Positions 17,362-25,025 of a stretch of 25,025 bases of DNA are shown piece after piece (the first letter of the stretch is position 1; each line of letters begins with the position of its first letter). The translations under genes and the position numbers were made by a program. The notes beneath the pieces were generated by a model. That model did no database searches and was not told where the DNA came from. It was given only the letters and a program-made list of their open reading frames with translations. The stretch spans positions 1-25,025 of the forward strand of contig CAZMIT010000011.1 in the NCBI GenBank assembly GCA_964566495.1. The letters are read 5' to 3'. Source of the DNA: an uncultured bacterium (GTDB lineage: Bacteria; T1Sed10-126).

Positions 17362-17459
17362 AAAATCAAGTTCAAAAACATGAACAAGATTATGAGGTCT
17401 TCATGAATTTGAATTAGCTTTCAGCTTTTGGCTTTGAGCTTTAAGCTGGTGTTCTCCGG
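17362..17459 (-). repeat. Dispersed intergenic repeat, copy 3 (inverted)
   Basis: Reverse complement matches 1505-1602 and 6592-6685 almost base for base. Confidence 0.9.
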
Positions 17460-17551
17460 CTCGGGTGACGGGATGACGAACTAAACAGCCTCTGACAGTA
17501 AGCGTCGAGCAATTATAAATTTTAGGTCGATTATTCAAGGAGTGATTTTTT

Positions 17552-18568
17552 ATGTTTAATGTAGCAGTAGCCGGGGCAACCGGAGCCGTAGGGCGTGAAA
17601 TGCTTAAAATACTGGCTGAACGAAATTTCCCGCTTGACAATCTGGTCGCGCTGGCCAGCTCGCGCTCAAAAGGGAAAAAACTTCCTTTCGGAGACGACCA
17701 GGTTGAAGTTGAGGTTCTTTCTGAATACGACTTCAGTGATATTGATCTTGCTCTCTTTTCGGCCGGGTCCGGGGTTGTAAGTCAGGAAGCTGACAGAATT
17801 CTGGAACAGGGAACTGTTATCGTGGACAACAGCAGCGCTTTTCGCTACCGGGACGACGTTCCCCTGGTAGTGCCGGAAGTTAATCCGGAAGCACTGGAGG
17901 AACATTCCGGGCTCATTGCAAATCCGAATTGCAGCACAATTCAGATGGTTATGGTGCTGGGACCGGTTCATAAAAAATACGGTATCAGGCGAGTCGTTGT
18001 CTCCACCTATCAGGCAACCAGCGGTGCCGGGGGAAGCGCTCGCGCAGAGCTGTTTGATGCGACAAAAGCCTATGTTAATGAAAAGTCCGAACCGGTTCCG
18101 CGCGATTTTCCAAAACCGATTGCTTTTAACAGCATTCCGCTGATTGGCGAAGTGCTGGCCGATGACAATGATTACACGAAAGAGGAGATGAAAATGGTCT
18201 GGGAGACGCGCAAGATTCTCTCCGACAACTCGATTGAAGTTTCTCCTACCGCCGTGCGCATACCGGTTCTTAACTGTCACGGTGAGTCAGTTAACGTCGA
18301 GACAGAAAAACCCTGTCCAATTGCAGAGCTGCGCCGTGAATTAGCTGCTTTCCCCAACCTGACGGTAATGGACAATCCGGCTGCCAACGAATTTCCGACC
18401 ATGCGCGAGGCCGACGGTGTCGACGACACTTTCGTCGGTAGAATTCGCAATGATTTTAGTGTTGAAAACGGGTTTAACTGCTGGATTGTGGCTGATAATC
18501 TGCGCAAGGGTGCAGCCTTAAACACTATCCAGATAGCTGAAGAGCTGATTACCCGAAAATTAATCTGA
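17552..18568 (+). CDS. asd: Aspartate-semialdehyde dehydrogenase
   Basis: GATGAVG, DNSSAFR, ANPNCSTIQM, STYQATSGAG and DNLRKGAALN. Confidence 0.97.
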   Translation: MFNVAVAGATGAVGREMLKILAERNFPLDNLVALASSRSKGKKLPFGDDQVEVEVLSEYDFSDIDLALFSAGSGVVSQEADRILEQGTVIVDNSSAFRYRDDVPLVVPEVNPEALEEHSGLIANPNCSTIQMVMVLGPVHKKYGIRRVVVSTYQATSGAGGSARAELFDATKAYVNEKSEPVPRDFPKPIAFNSIPLIGEVLADDNDYTKEEMKMVWETRKILSDNSIEVSPTAVRIPVLNCHGESVNVETEKPCPIAELRRELAAFPNLTVMDNPAANEFPTMREADGVDDTFVGRIRNDFSVENGFNCWIVADNLRKGAALNTIQIAEELITRKLI

Positions 18569-18617
18569 CCCCAATAATTTACGATCGTTGCCGTGAAATA
18601 ACTAATCACCTTATCTT

Positions 18618-18698
18618 TCCCCCCTTGACGGGGGAAAAACAAAGGGGAGTGAAACTTCCCCCCTTGGGCCGTTTTACGGTCCCTCCAGGGGCGAGGGG
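18618..18698. repeat. CCCCT/GGGG-type REP-like palindrome cluster (may also act as terminator after asd)
   Basis: TCCCCCCTTGACGGGGGA hairpin, then AAAGGGGAGTG and CCCTCCAGGGGCGAGGGG. Similar units at about 19286-19314 and 22064-22110. Confidence 0.6.
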
Positions 18699-18750
18699 AT
18701 AGATGAGTATTTATGTCGTGAATTACCGGGTTTGAAAAAGAGGGTTATCA

Positions 18751-19269
18751 ATGTCCGAGGATGTCTATCGCTTCTGTCCACTGTGTGGAAATAAACTTAA
18801 AAAACAGAAGCTTGAAAATGAAGATAAACAGCGTCTCGGCTGCTCGGAATGTGGTTGGATTCATTACATAAATCCGATCCCCGTAGTAGTTTGTGTAGCT
18901 TACAGCAGCACCGGTGAAATCCTCGTGGTGAAGAGAAAACTGGAACCGGCCAGGGGGGCCTGGGCGCTGCCGGGTGGTTTCATGGAAGCCGGTGAAACGA
19001 CAGAGGAGACCGGCCTTCGTGAACTTGAGGAAGAGACTGGGGTTGTTGCTGAAGCGGGCGAATTGCTGGGAATTTATAATCAGCATACAGATTTTTATGG
19101 CGAACTTCTGATAATTGCTCATCTGGCCAGGATTGATTCGGGGAAACCCGAACCAGATGGCTTCGAAGTAAGTGAGGTTCGTTTTGTTGACCCGGCCTCG
19201 CCACCCGAAGTTCCGTTTCCCAGTCATCTTGACGCCATCGCTACTTTTAATGAAAATGTAACTATTTAG
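18751..19269 (+). CDS. NUDIX hydrolase with N-terminal zinc ribbon
   Basis: CPLC...CSEC ribbon and Nudix box GGFMEAGETTEETGLRELEEETG. Confidence 0.92.
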   Translation: MSEDVYRFCPLCGNKLKKQKLENEDKQRLGCSECGWIHYINPIPVVVCVAYSSTGEILVVKRKLEPARGAWALPGGFMEAGETTEETGLRELEEETGVVAEAGELLGIYNQHTDFYGELLIIAHLARIDSGKPEPDGFEVSEVRFVDPASPPEVPFPSHLDAIATFNENVTI

Positions 19270-19285
19270 CGCCTGCCCCGAAAAG

Positions 19286-19314
19286 TCCCCTCTCCCCTGG
19301 AGGGAGAGGGTTAG
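19286..19314. repeat. CCCCTCTCCC...GGGAGAGGG REP-like palindrome
   Basis: TCCCCTCTCCCCTGGAGGGAGAGGGTTAG immediately after the NUDIX stop. Confidence 0.65.
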
Positions 19315-19341
19315 CCTGGATACTTCACGACAACACCACCT

Positions 19342-19393
19342 GGTAATCAGTGATCGGTTTTGAACTTACCGATTACAGAACACTGATAACCGA
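19342..19393. repeat. Inverted GTAATC-type repeat, copy 2
   Basis: GGTAATCAGTG-ATCGGT ... ACCGAT ... CACTGATAACC forms an imperfect palindrome. Same family as 1302-1415. Confidence 0.65.
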
Positions 19394-19478
19394 ATGACGA
19401 ACTTTGCGCTCGGCGTCCGGCGCCCTGCAACTGATTATGGGTTAAGTTGTAACAGTATTTAATTGAGGGGACAAGTTA

Positions 19479-22028
19479 ATGAAAAAACGCTGGCTGGTTG
19501 TTGGCCTTGCTTTTTTGCTGGGACTCTTCACCTGGGTCCTCGACGCTTTTCTCTTATCTCTGTCTTTCCCTGAAGAAAGTCTGATCACCTTCCTGTACCA
19601 TGACCTCACCCCCGTTGCCCTCTTTTTTCGAGCTTTTGTTATTCTGCTCTTTGTAGCTTTTGGTGTGCTGGCTTATGCCCTCATGAGTCGCGAGGCTATA
19701 GTTCGTCAGAAATTACGTCGCATGAACGCTGCTTATGATCTTTTGAGCGACTGTAACCAGTATATCGTTCGCGCTCGTGATAAAGAGAAGCTCTGCCTTG
19801 ATATTGGTAAAGAAATTGCTGGTTCGAAACTCTACAATTTTGCCTGGGTTGAGCTCTTTGAACCGCAGAAAAAAAACTGCCTGATCGGTCCCTTTTCTGC
19901 CCCGGAAGCTGCCCAAGTTGTTGAGAGGATACCGGCAGGCTGTCGTTTACACCATCCCGACAGTCCGGCTCGGCAGGCGTTTCAAAACAGAAATAAGGTA
20001 ATTTTGACTAAAAATGAAGCGGACCGGCTACCGCCGGAGCTGACTGAAATTTTTTCTCCTGAAGATGGAGTATTTTCTTTTTTGCCGCTGGCAGCCGGAG
20101 AAGATGTAGTTGGTATTTTGGCCGTCTATAGACCCGGCGAAGCGGCGGAGGATTTTGACGACCTGCATCTGCTGGAAGAGCTGGCCGGTGACCTGGCCTT
20201 TGGGTTAAATTCGATTGAGCGGCGTGAACTGCACCGGCAGACCTGCCGCCAGCTTGAGGAAAAAGAGCAGAACATGTCTCTGCTCTTGAGTAACTTGCCC
20301 GGGATGGCCTATCGTTGTGCTAATGATCTCGACTGGACGATGGAATTTGTAAGCGAAGGGGCGCAGGAACTGACCGGATACGAGCCGGAAGCAATCATCG
20401 ATAATCGGGAAGTTGCCTATGGTAAGTTAATCGTACCGGAGGACCGGGAATACGTCTGGGAAACCATCCAGGCGGCACTGGATGAGGGACGCAATTTTGA
20501 AATTGAATACCGCATCCAGACTAAGTCCGGCGAGCAGCGCTGGGTCTGGGAACAGGGGCGAGGGCTGTTTGACGAGCGGGGCGAACTCAAAAATATACAG
20601 GGATTTATTACGGACGTGACTGAGCGCAAACAGATGGAGTTTGAGGTGCGGGAGAGTGAGGAACGCTTCAGGGCCGTCATTGAGAACTTACCCTTTGCAG
20701 TCTATCTGCACGACCTCTCGGGGGATATTGTTATGGTGAACAAAATGAGCTGTGAGGACACCGGTTACAGTGCCGAGGAACTACTTTCCATGAGCGTTTC
20801 CGACATTGATACGCAAGGTCCGACGGCCGCGGATAGAAAGGAACTCTGGCACGAGCTGGAACCGGGAGACTACCGGCAATTTATGTCAGAACACCGAGGA
20901 GCCGGAGGGCGGGTTTACAGCGTTGAGATAACCGTAACTCCGATCCATTTGGAAGGGGAACGGATGATTCTGGCGATGGCCGAGGATATTTCGGAACGTG
21001 AGCAAATCCAGGCGGAACGACGCAAAAGCGAAGAGCGTTACCGGCGGCTGTTTGAAACTTCTCCTCATGGTATATTGATTGTTGAGTCCACCACCGGACG
21101 GCTGTTGGATGTCAACCCCTACGCGCTCGAATTATTCGATCAAAAGCGGGAAGATCTGCAGGGACGAGATGTAAAAGAAATTTCAGTTCTGACAAAAATT
21201 TTCAAACAGGTCGGAGGGCTGGAAGAACTTCGCCAGCAGGGATATTTTCGGGAGGAGGGGCTGACGCTTAACAAAGAGGGGAGCAAACAAATTTTTCTTG
21301 AGCTTGATGCCTACTGTTACGAAGCCGGGGGAGAAGAGGTGATTCAGTGTAATTTTCGAAACATAACCCGTCGCGAGAAGGCGCAGCGGGAGCTGGAAAA
21401 ACTTGTTGATGAGAAGGAAATCCTGCTGCGCGAGATTCACCACCGGGTGAAAAACAATCTGTTTACTATTGTTAGTCTGCTTGAAATGCAATATACTAAA
21501 ACCGAAAACTCCCGGGTGCGAAAGAGTTTCCAGGAGGCAATAAACCGGATCCATACGATGGCTCTAATTCACAAACAAATTTACAGCCAGGAGTCCGATC
21601 AGCACCTCGACTTTGCGGCTTATCTGCGTGTGCTGGTCAACCAGCTCATCACCTCCCAGGTGGCTAACGACCAGGAACTGGATGTTAATTTCAGCTTGGA
21701 ATCGCTGCATTTGGACATGGACCGAGCTCTGCCCTGTGCTCTGGCGGTGAACGAATTAATCACCAACGCTATAAATCACGGGCTTGGCGGTAGTCACCGG
21801 GGTCGGCTCTCCGTCGAACTTCTGCGGCGGCCGCAAAAAGTAGAATTGAACGTTTATGACGACGGTAGTGGGCTCCCGGAAGATTTTAATATTGAACGTC
21901 ACTCATCGCTTGGCCTGCGGATGGTAAAACGCTGGGTCGAGGATCAGTTGCGGGGGGAATTAGACTATCAAAGCAATGCTCGCACACGCTTTACTATCAG
22001 GTTTCCGCTTCAATTTTCAGAACGCTGA
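19479..22028 (+). CDS. Membrane-anchored sensor histidine kinase (2 TM, GAF, 3 PAS/PAC, HisKA_2, HATPase)
   Basis: Two N-terminal hydrophobic helices, GAF-like segment (ELAGDLAFGL), PAS repeats ending DVTERK / DISERE / NITRRE, H-box EIHHRVKNNL, N-box NELITNA and G-box DDGSG. Confidence 0.92.
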   Translation: MKKRWLVVGLAFLLGLFTWVLDAFLLSLSFPEESLITFLYHDLTPVALFFRAFVILLFVAFGVLAYALMSREAIVRQKLRRMNAAYDLLSDCNQYIVRARDKEKLCLDIGKEIAGSKLYNFAWVELFEPQKKNCLIGPFSAPEAAQVVERIPAGCRLHHPDSPARQAFQNRNKVILTKNEADRLPPELTEIFSPEDGVFSFLPLAAGEDVVGILAVYRPGEAAEDFDDLHLLEELAGDLAFGLNSIERRELHRQTCRQLEEKEQNMSLLLSNLPGMAYRCANDLDWTMEFVSEGAQELTGYEPEAIIDNREVAYGKLIVPEDREYVWETIQAALDEGRNFEIEYRIQTKSGEQRWVWEQGRGLFDERGELKNIQGFITDVTERKQMEFEVRESEERFRAVIENLPFAVYLHDLSGDIVMVNKMSCEDTGYSAEELLSMSVSDIDTQGPTAADRKELWHELEPGDYRQFMSEHRGAGGRVYSVEITVTPIHLEGERMILAMAEDISEREQIQAERRKSEERYRRLFETSPHGILIVESTTGRLLDVNPYALELFDQKREDLQGRDVKEISVLTKIFKQVGGLEELRQQGYFREEGLTLNKEGSKQIFLELDAYCYEAGGEEVIQCNFRNITRREKAQRELEKLVDEKEILLREIHHRVKNNLFTIVSLLEMQYTKTENSRVRKSFQEAINRIHTMALIHKQIYSQESDQHLDFAAYLRVLVNQLITSQVANDQELDVNFSLESLHLDMDRALPCALAVNELITNAINHGLGGSHRGRLSVELLRRPQKVELNVYDDGSGLPEDFNIERHSSLGLRMVKRWVEDQLRGELDYQSNARTRFTIRFPLQFSER

Positions 22029-22130
22029 TCATTTACCGGTTTCCTTTCCCTCGGTTCTCTTTCTTCCCCTCTGAAGGGGGAAGAGGTTTGGGACCCCCTC
22101 CGGTAGCTTCTGGATCTGGACCTCTGTTTG

Positions 22131-22159
22131 TTGAAGTTAAGAACGTTAGCAGTTATAAT
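22131..22159 (+). promoter_or_regulatory. sigma70-type promoter for tRNA-Leu
   Basis: TTGAAG (22131-22136), 17-nt spacer, TATAAT (22154-22159), 10 nt upstream of the tRNA. Confidence 0.75.
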
Positions 22160-22169
22160 AAAGCTTCAC

Positions 22170-22255
22170 GCCCGGGTGGCGGAACTGGCAGACGCGCATG
22201 GTTGAGGGCCATGTGGGCTTTTAAACCCGTGCGAGTTCGAATCTCGCCCCGGGCA
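22170..22255 (+). tRNA. tRNA-Leu (anticodon GAG), CCA not encoded
   Basis: Acceptor stem GCCCGGG/CCCGGGC plus discriminator A, D-arm TGGCGGAACTGGCAGACGC, anticodon arm CATGG-TTGAGGG-CCATG, long variable arm, T-arm GCGAG-TTCGAAT-CTCGC. Confidence 0.97.
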
Positions 22256-22339
22256 TTTCGCCGGCCTCGAACCAACTGTTTCATAGTTTGCGGTGAGCTG
22301 GGAGTCATTTTACGGGAGACCAGAAACAGGTGGCTCAGG

Positions 22340-22418
22340 CAGTAATAGGTAAACAGTGGTCGGTAACTTGTACTTGTTTTTGAATTTACCACCGGTTACT
22401 GATTACCGCTTACCGACT
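22340..22418. repeat. Inverted GTAATC-type heptamer repeat, copy 3 (degenerate)
   Basis: CAGTAAT AGGTAAA CAGTGGT CGGTAAC ... GGTTACT GATTACC GCTTACC GACT. Confidence 0.6.
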
Positions 22419-22503
22419 TAATCCCGAGATGCTGGGATGAAGGATATTTGGTGGGTCTGCGTTAAACAAGTTATATACACATATACTTTCAACGGTGACT
22501 TAT

Positions 22504-22977
22504 ATGACCTATAAGCGTCTCTCAAGTCGAATTTTATCCGAGCTCCGCAAGGATGGGCGCCAGTCTTTACGTGAACTGGCCGAAAAGTTCGAGGTTTCTG
22601 CAACGACAGTCGGGAAGCGTCTCGACCAGCTTAAGCAGGAGGGGAGTTTGCGTGGGATCAGCGCCGACATCGATTATGAGCAGCTTGGCTACAGCTACAA
22701 CGCCATAACTCGTTTTAAAGTCCAGGGCGATCAAATTGAGGAGGCTCTTGAACAACTTAAAGCTCACCCCTATCTGAACGAAATTTACGAAATAACCGGC
22801 AACTACGACATTCTCGCAATTGGTCGCTATCACGACAGGGATCAGATGAACAAAATAATCAAGGAACTGCAGGGGCATCCGGCAATAGTTGCCACAAATA
22901 CCTCAATTATTCTAAATACTCACCGTGAGAGCGCCCCGCTGCCCCTGGAAGGGGCCGAGAAGTCGGCCTCAGATTAA
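22504..22977 (+). CDS. lrp: Lrp/AsnC-family transcriptional regulator (resembles haloarchaeal Lrp)
   Basis: N-terminal HTH (DGRQSLRELAEKFEVSATTVGKRL), LGY linker and RAM domain YEITGNYD. ATG 22504 follows a GGTGA SD. Confidence 0.9.
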   Translation: MTYKRLSSRILSELRKDGRQSLRELAEKFEVSATTVGKRLDQLKQEGSLRGISADIDYEQLGYSYNAITRFKVQGDQIEEALEQLKAHPYLNEIYEITGNYDILAIGRYHDRDQMNKIIKELQGHPAIVATNTSIILNTHRESAPLPLEGAEKSASD

Positions 22978-23000
22978 TCTCTTTGCTACGGTGAACCTTC

Positions 23001-24596
23001 CTGAAAATTCTTATTCTTGACGCATATGTTGATGAACCGGGTCTGCTGGGAGTGCCGCCTTATCTGGCGCCCGAACCCCGAAAACTTGTCGGTATATCTG
23101 AAATTAGAGGACTTGACTGGATTTACTGGACGGCAGGTCAATACCGAGAAGAGGGGCTTCCCGACGCCGACCTGACGCTGATTTACGGGGGAGTAACCGT
23201 GCCCGGTAACTACCTGCGGGGCCGGCCGTTGAGTACAAACGAGGCGGAGCAAATCATTCGAAAAAGGCGGCACCTAATAGTCGGAGGACCGCTGGCCAAT
23301 CAGCTCTCTGAATCGACCGGTCTACAGCGGGTGCAGAAAGATCTTGCCGTCTACTTTAACTCCTATCTTGACGGTCAGCCGGACGATCGTTATCCCCAAC
23401 CCGGTGAAATAGAAGCCTGGCTTCAAGCCGGGGCCCCGATAGCCGCCGCTCATCCTCTGCCGGCCGACCAATTGCTGGCCGAAGTGAGCTGTTATCACGG
23501 TTGTGTCCGTTATCTTACCGGTGGCTGTTCCTTTTGCTCGGAACCTCTGTATGGGAAGCCGCAGTTCCGCCGGCCCACCGCGGTGGCCGAAGAGGTGAAA
23601 GCGCTTTATCAAGCCGGTTTGCGCCACTTCAGGCTTGGCGGTCAGTCCTGCATAATTAGTTACGGCTGTCATGGTTTGGGCGAGAGTGAAACCCCGCGAC
23701 CAAACCCGGAAGCTCACCAACGTCTATTTTCGTCGATCTGGGCGGACTGTCCGCAAATCAGGGTGCTTCACGTTGATAACGCTAATCCCGCCGTTATCGC
23801 CGCCCATCCCCGGCCGGCCCGCAAGATAGTTAAACTTTTAAAAAAATATACCACTGCCGGTAACACGCTTGCTTTTGGTCTTGAGTCGGCCGACCCCCGG
23901 GTGATTGAGGCTAATAATTTAAATGCCAGGCCGGACCAGGTTTTTAAGGCGGTTGAGCTGGTGAATAAAATTGGCCGCGAACGGGGAGAAAATGGTCTGC
24001 CGGCGCTACTACCCGGTTTGAATTTTCTTGCCGGTCTTCACGAGGAAACGACCGAGACCTACCGACTTAATTTTGAATTTTTAAAAAAAATTGTTGAGGC
24101 CGGACACTGGTTGCGGCGAATAAATATTCGCCAGGTGCTCTCCGGTCGCAGCCAGTTTAAAATGCGCCATGGCAAAGCGTTTAAAAAATTCAAACGACGC
24201 GTCCGTGAGCAGATTGATAAGCCGCTGTTGAAAGAGATGTTCCCCCGCGGTTTAGTCTTGAAAGATGTTCTGATGGAAAAACGGGAGGGGAATACTACTT
24301 TTGGTCGTCAGCTCGGCACCTATCCGATCCTGGTTGGAGTTCGTTATCCACTGGAACTGGACCGTTTCTATGACCTCCGGGTCACTGAATACGGTTATCG
24401 CAGCCTTACTGCAGTGGAGGCTGATTTGAAGTTTGAAGAGCTTGGCACCCGCGAACTGCAAGCCATACCCGGGATCGGAAAACGTCGGGCCAGCAAGCTG
24501 TTTGTAAATCAGCCGGCCAGTAGCGCCGCCTTTCGGGAGCTAATAAATGATCCCGAAGCCGCTGAATTAGCTCTCCGCTACATTAATTTTGATTAG
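23001..24596 (+). CDS. Radical SAM protein with C-terminal TRAM-like and helix-hairpin-helix regions (COG1031/TM1601-like), probable CTG start
   Basis: The in-frame extension upstream of the track's GTG encodes KILILDAYVDEPGLLGVPPY. Also CVRYLTGGCSFC, HVDNANP, GLESADP, RRINIRQV, GRQLGTYP and HhH LQAIPGIGKRRA. Confidence 0.88.
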   Translation: MKILILDAYVDEPGLLGVPPYLAPEPRKLVGISEIRGLDWIYWTAGQYREEGLPDADLTLIYGGVTVPGNYLRGRPLSTNEAEQIIRKRRHLIVGGPLANQLSESTGLQRVQKDLAVYFNSYLDGQPDDRYPQPGEIEAWLQAGAPIAAAHPLPADQLLAEVSCYHGCVRYLTGGCSFCSEPLYGKPQFRRPTAVAEEVKALYQAGLRHFRLGGQSCIISYGCHGLGESETPRPNPEAHQRLFSSIWADCPQIRVLHVDNANPAVIAAHPRPARKIVKLLKKYTTAGNTLAFGLESADPRVIEANNLNARPDQVFKAVELVNKIGRERGENGLPALLPGLNFLAGLHEETTETYRLNFEFLKKIVEAGHWLRRINIRQVLSGRSQFKMRHGKAFKKFKRRVREQIDKPLLKEMFPRGLVLKDVLMEKREGNTTFGRQLGTYPILVGVRYPLELDRFYDLRVTEYGYRSLTAVEADLKFEELGTRELQAIPGIGKRRASKLFVNQPASSAAFRELINDPEAAELALRYINFD

Positions 24597-24741
24597 CCTT
24601 TCAGTTAAATCAGAACTTCTCCGATAAAACTAGAGTTTTATTTCAAAAAAACTGTCTTTTAAAGAAAGAGTGTAGTATACTTCAGTAGAGGAAGGGGATT
24701 TCAAAGAGGACTTCCGGGAAGTCTTCGGAAAGGACAGGCTC

Positions 24742-25025
24742 ATGAAAACCCGGAAGCAGCCCAGGCAACCTCGAACTCTTGGAGCAGACTTTTCTCACGA
24801 AGAATTCTATCCCGGGGTTGAACTATTAACCGTAGAACTTAAGACTTTATTCCAATTACTTGAGGAAATCTGTGTACCGGCGGTTGTGCTTGACAATAAC
24901 CTGACAATAGTAGCTGCCAACGTTGCGGCCCGTAAAATATTTGGCCAGGAAATGGTTGGCCAAAAATGTTATCGCCTCTACCATAACCGCAATATTGCCT
25001 GCGAGCACTGCCATGTTCTGGAGAC
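24742..25025 (+). CDS. PAS-domain signalling protein, 5' part only (runs off the window edge)
   Basis: ATG after AAAGGA. Translation MKTRKQ...VPAVVLDNNLTIVAANVAARKIFGQEMVGQKCYRLYHNRNIACEHCHVLE shows a PAS N-terminus with a KCY...CxxC motif and no stop before the end. Confidence 0.75.
   Translation, partial: MKTRKQPRQPRTLGADFSHEEFYPGVELLTVELKTLFQLLEEICVPAVVLDNNLTIVAANVAARKIFGQEMVGQKCYRLYHNRNIACEHCHVLE

Noticed and set aside
22088..22392. ORFs overlapping the tRNA
   Set aside because: Explained by tRNA-Leu and flanking repeats.
24709..24723. GACTTCC-G-GGAAGTC palindrome upstream of the PAS gene
   Set aside because: Single short occurrence with no recognisable regulator motif; insufficient support.
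22170..25025. Integrative element at tRNA-Leu
   Set aside because: No integrase and no duplicated tRNA 3' end within the window, so an active island cannot be supported.

Overview
Bacterial chromosomal segment (near-consensus sigma70 promoters, Shine-Dalgarno sites, bacterial-type tRNA) with generally acidic proteins, suggesting but not proving a salt-adapted organism. From left to right: (i) a 57-aa histone-fold gene on the minus strand (137-310), missed by the ORF track, with its own promoter, RBS and terminator; (ii) a double-ACT-domain protein; (iii) a translationally coupled pair of a large membrane-anchored helical protein and an AI-2E-family membrane protein; (iv) an isolated cheR; (v) a type IIA topoisomerase B-A pair whose A subunit lacks a blade-1 GyrA-box, has Arg at the Ser83 quinolone position and ends in a beta-clamp-like motif; (vi) ilvN-ilvC-psd-pssA-leuA-leuB-asd, without ilvB or leuCD; (vii) a zinc-ribbon NUDIX hydrolase and a GAF/PAS HisKA_2 sensor kinase; (viii) tRNA-Leu(GAG), followed by an Lrp resembling haloarchaeal Lrp, a radical SAM/HhH protein that appears to need a CTG start, and a truncated PAS protein. 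Intergenic regions hold several families of REP-like palindromes and three copies of a ~100-130 bp mosaic repeat. No CRISPR array, transposase or integrase was seen. All family assignments come from motif recognition and recall, not database searches.
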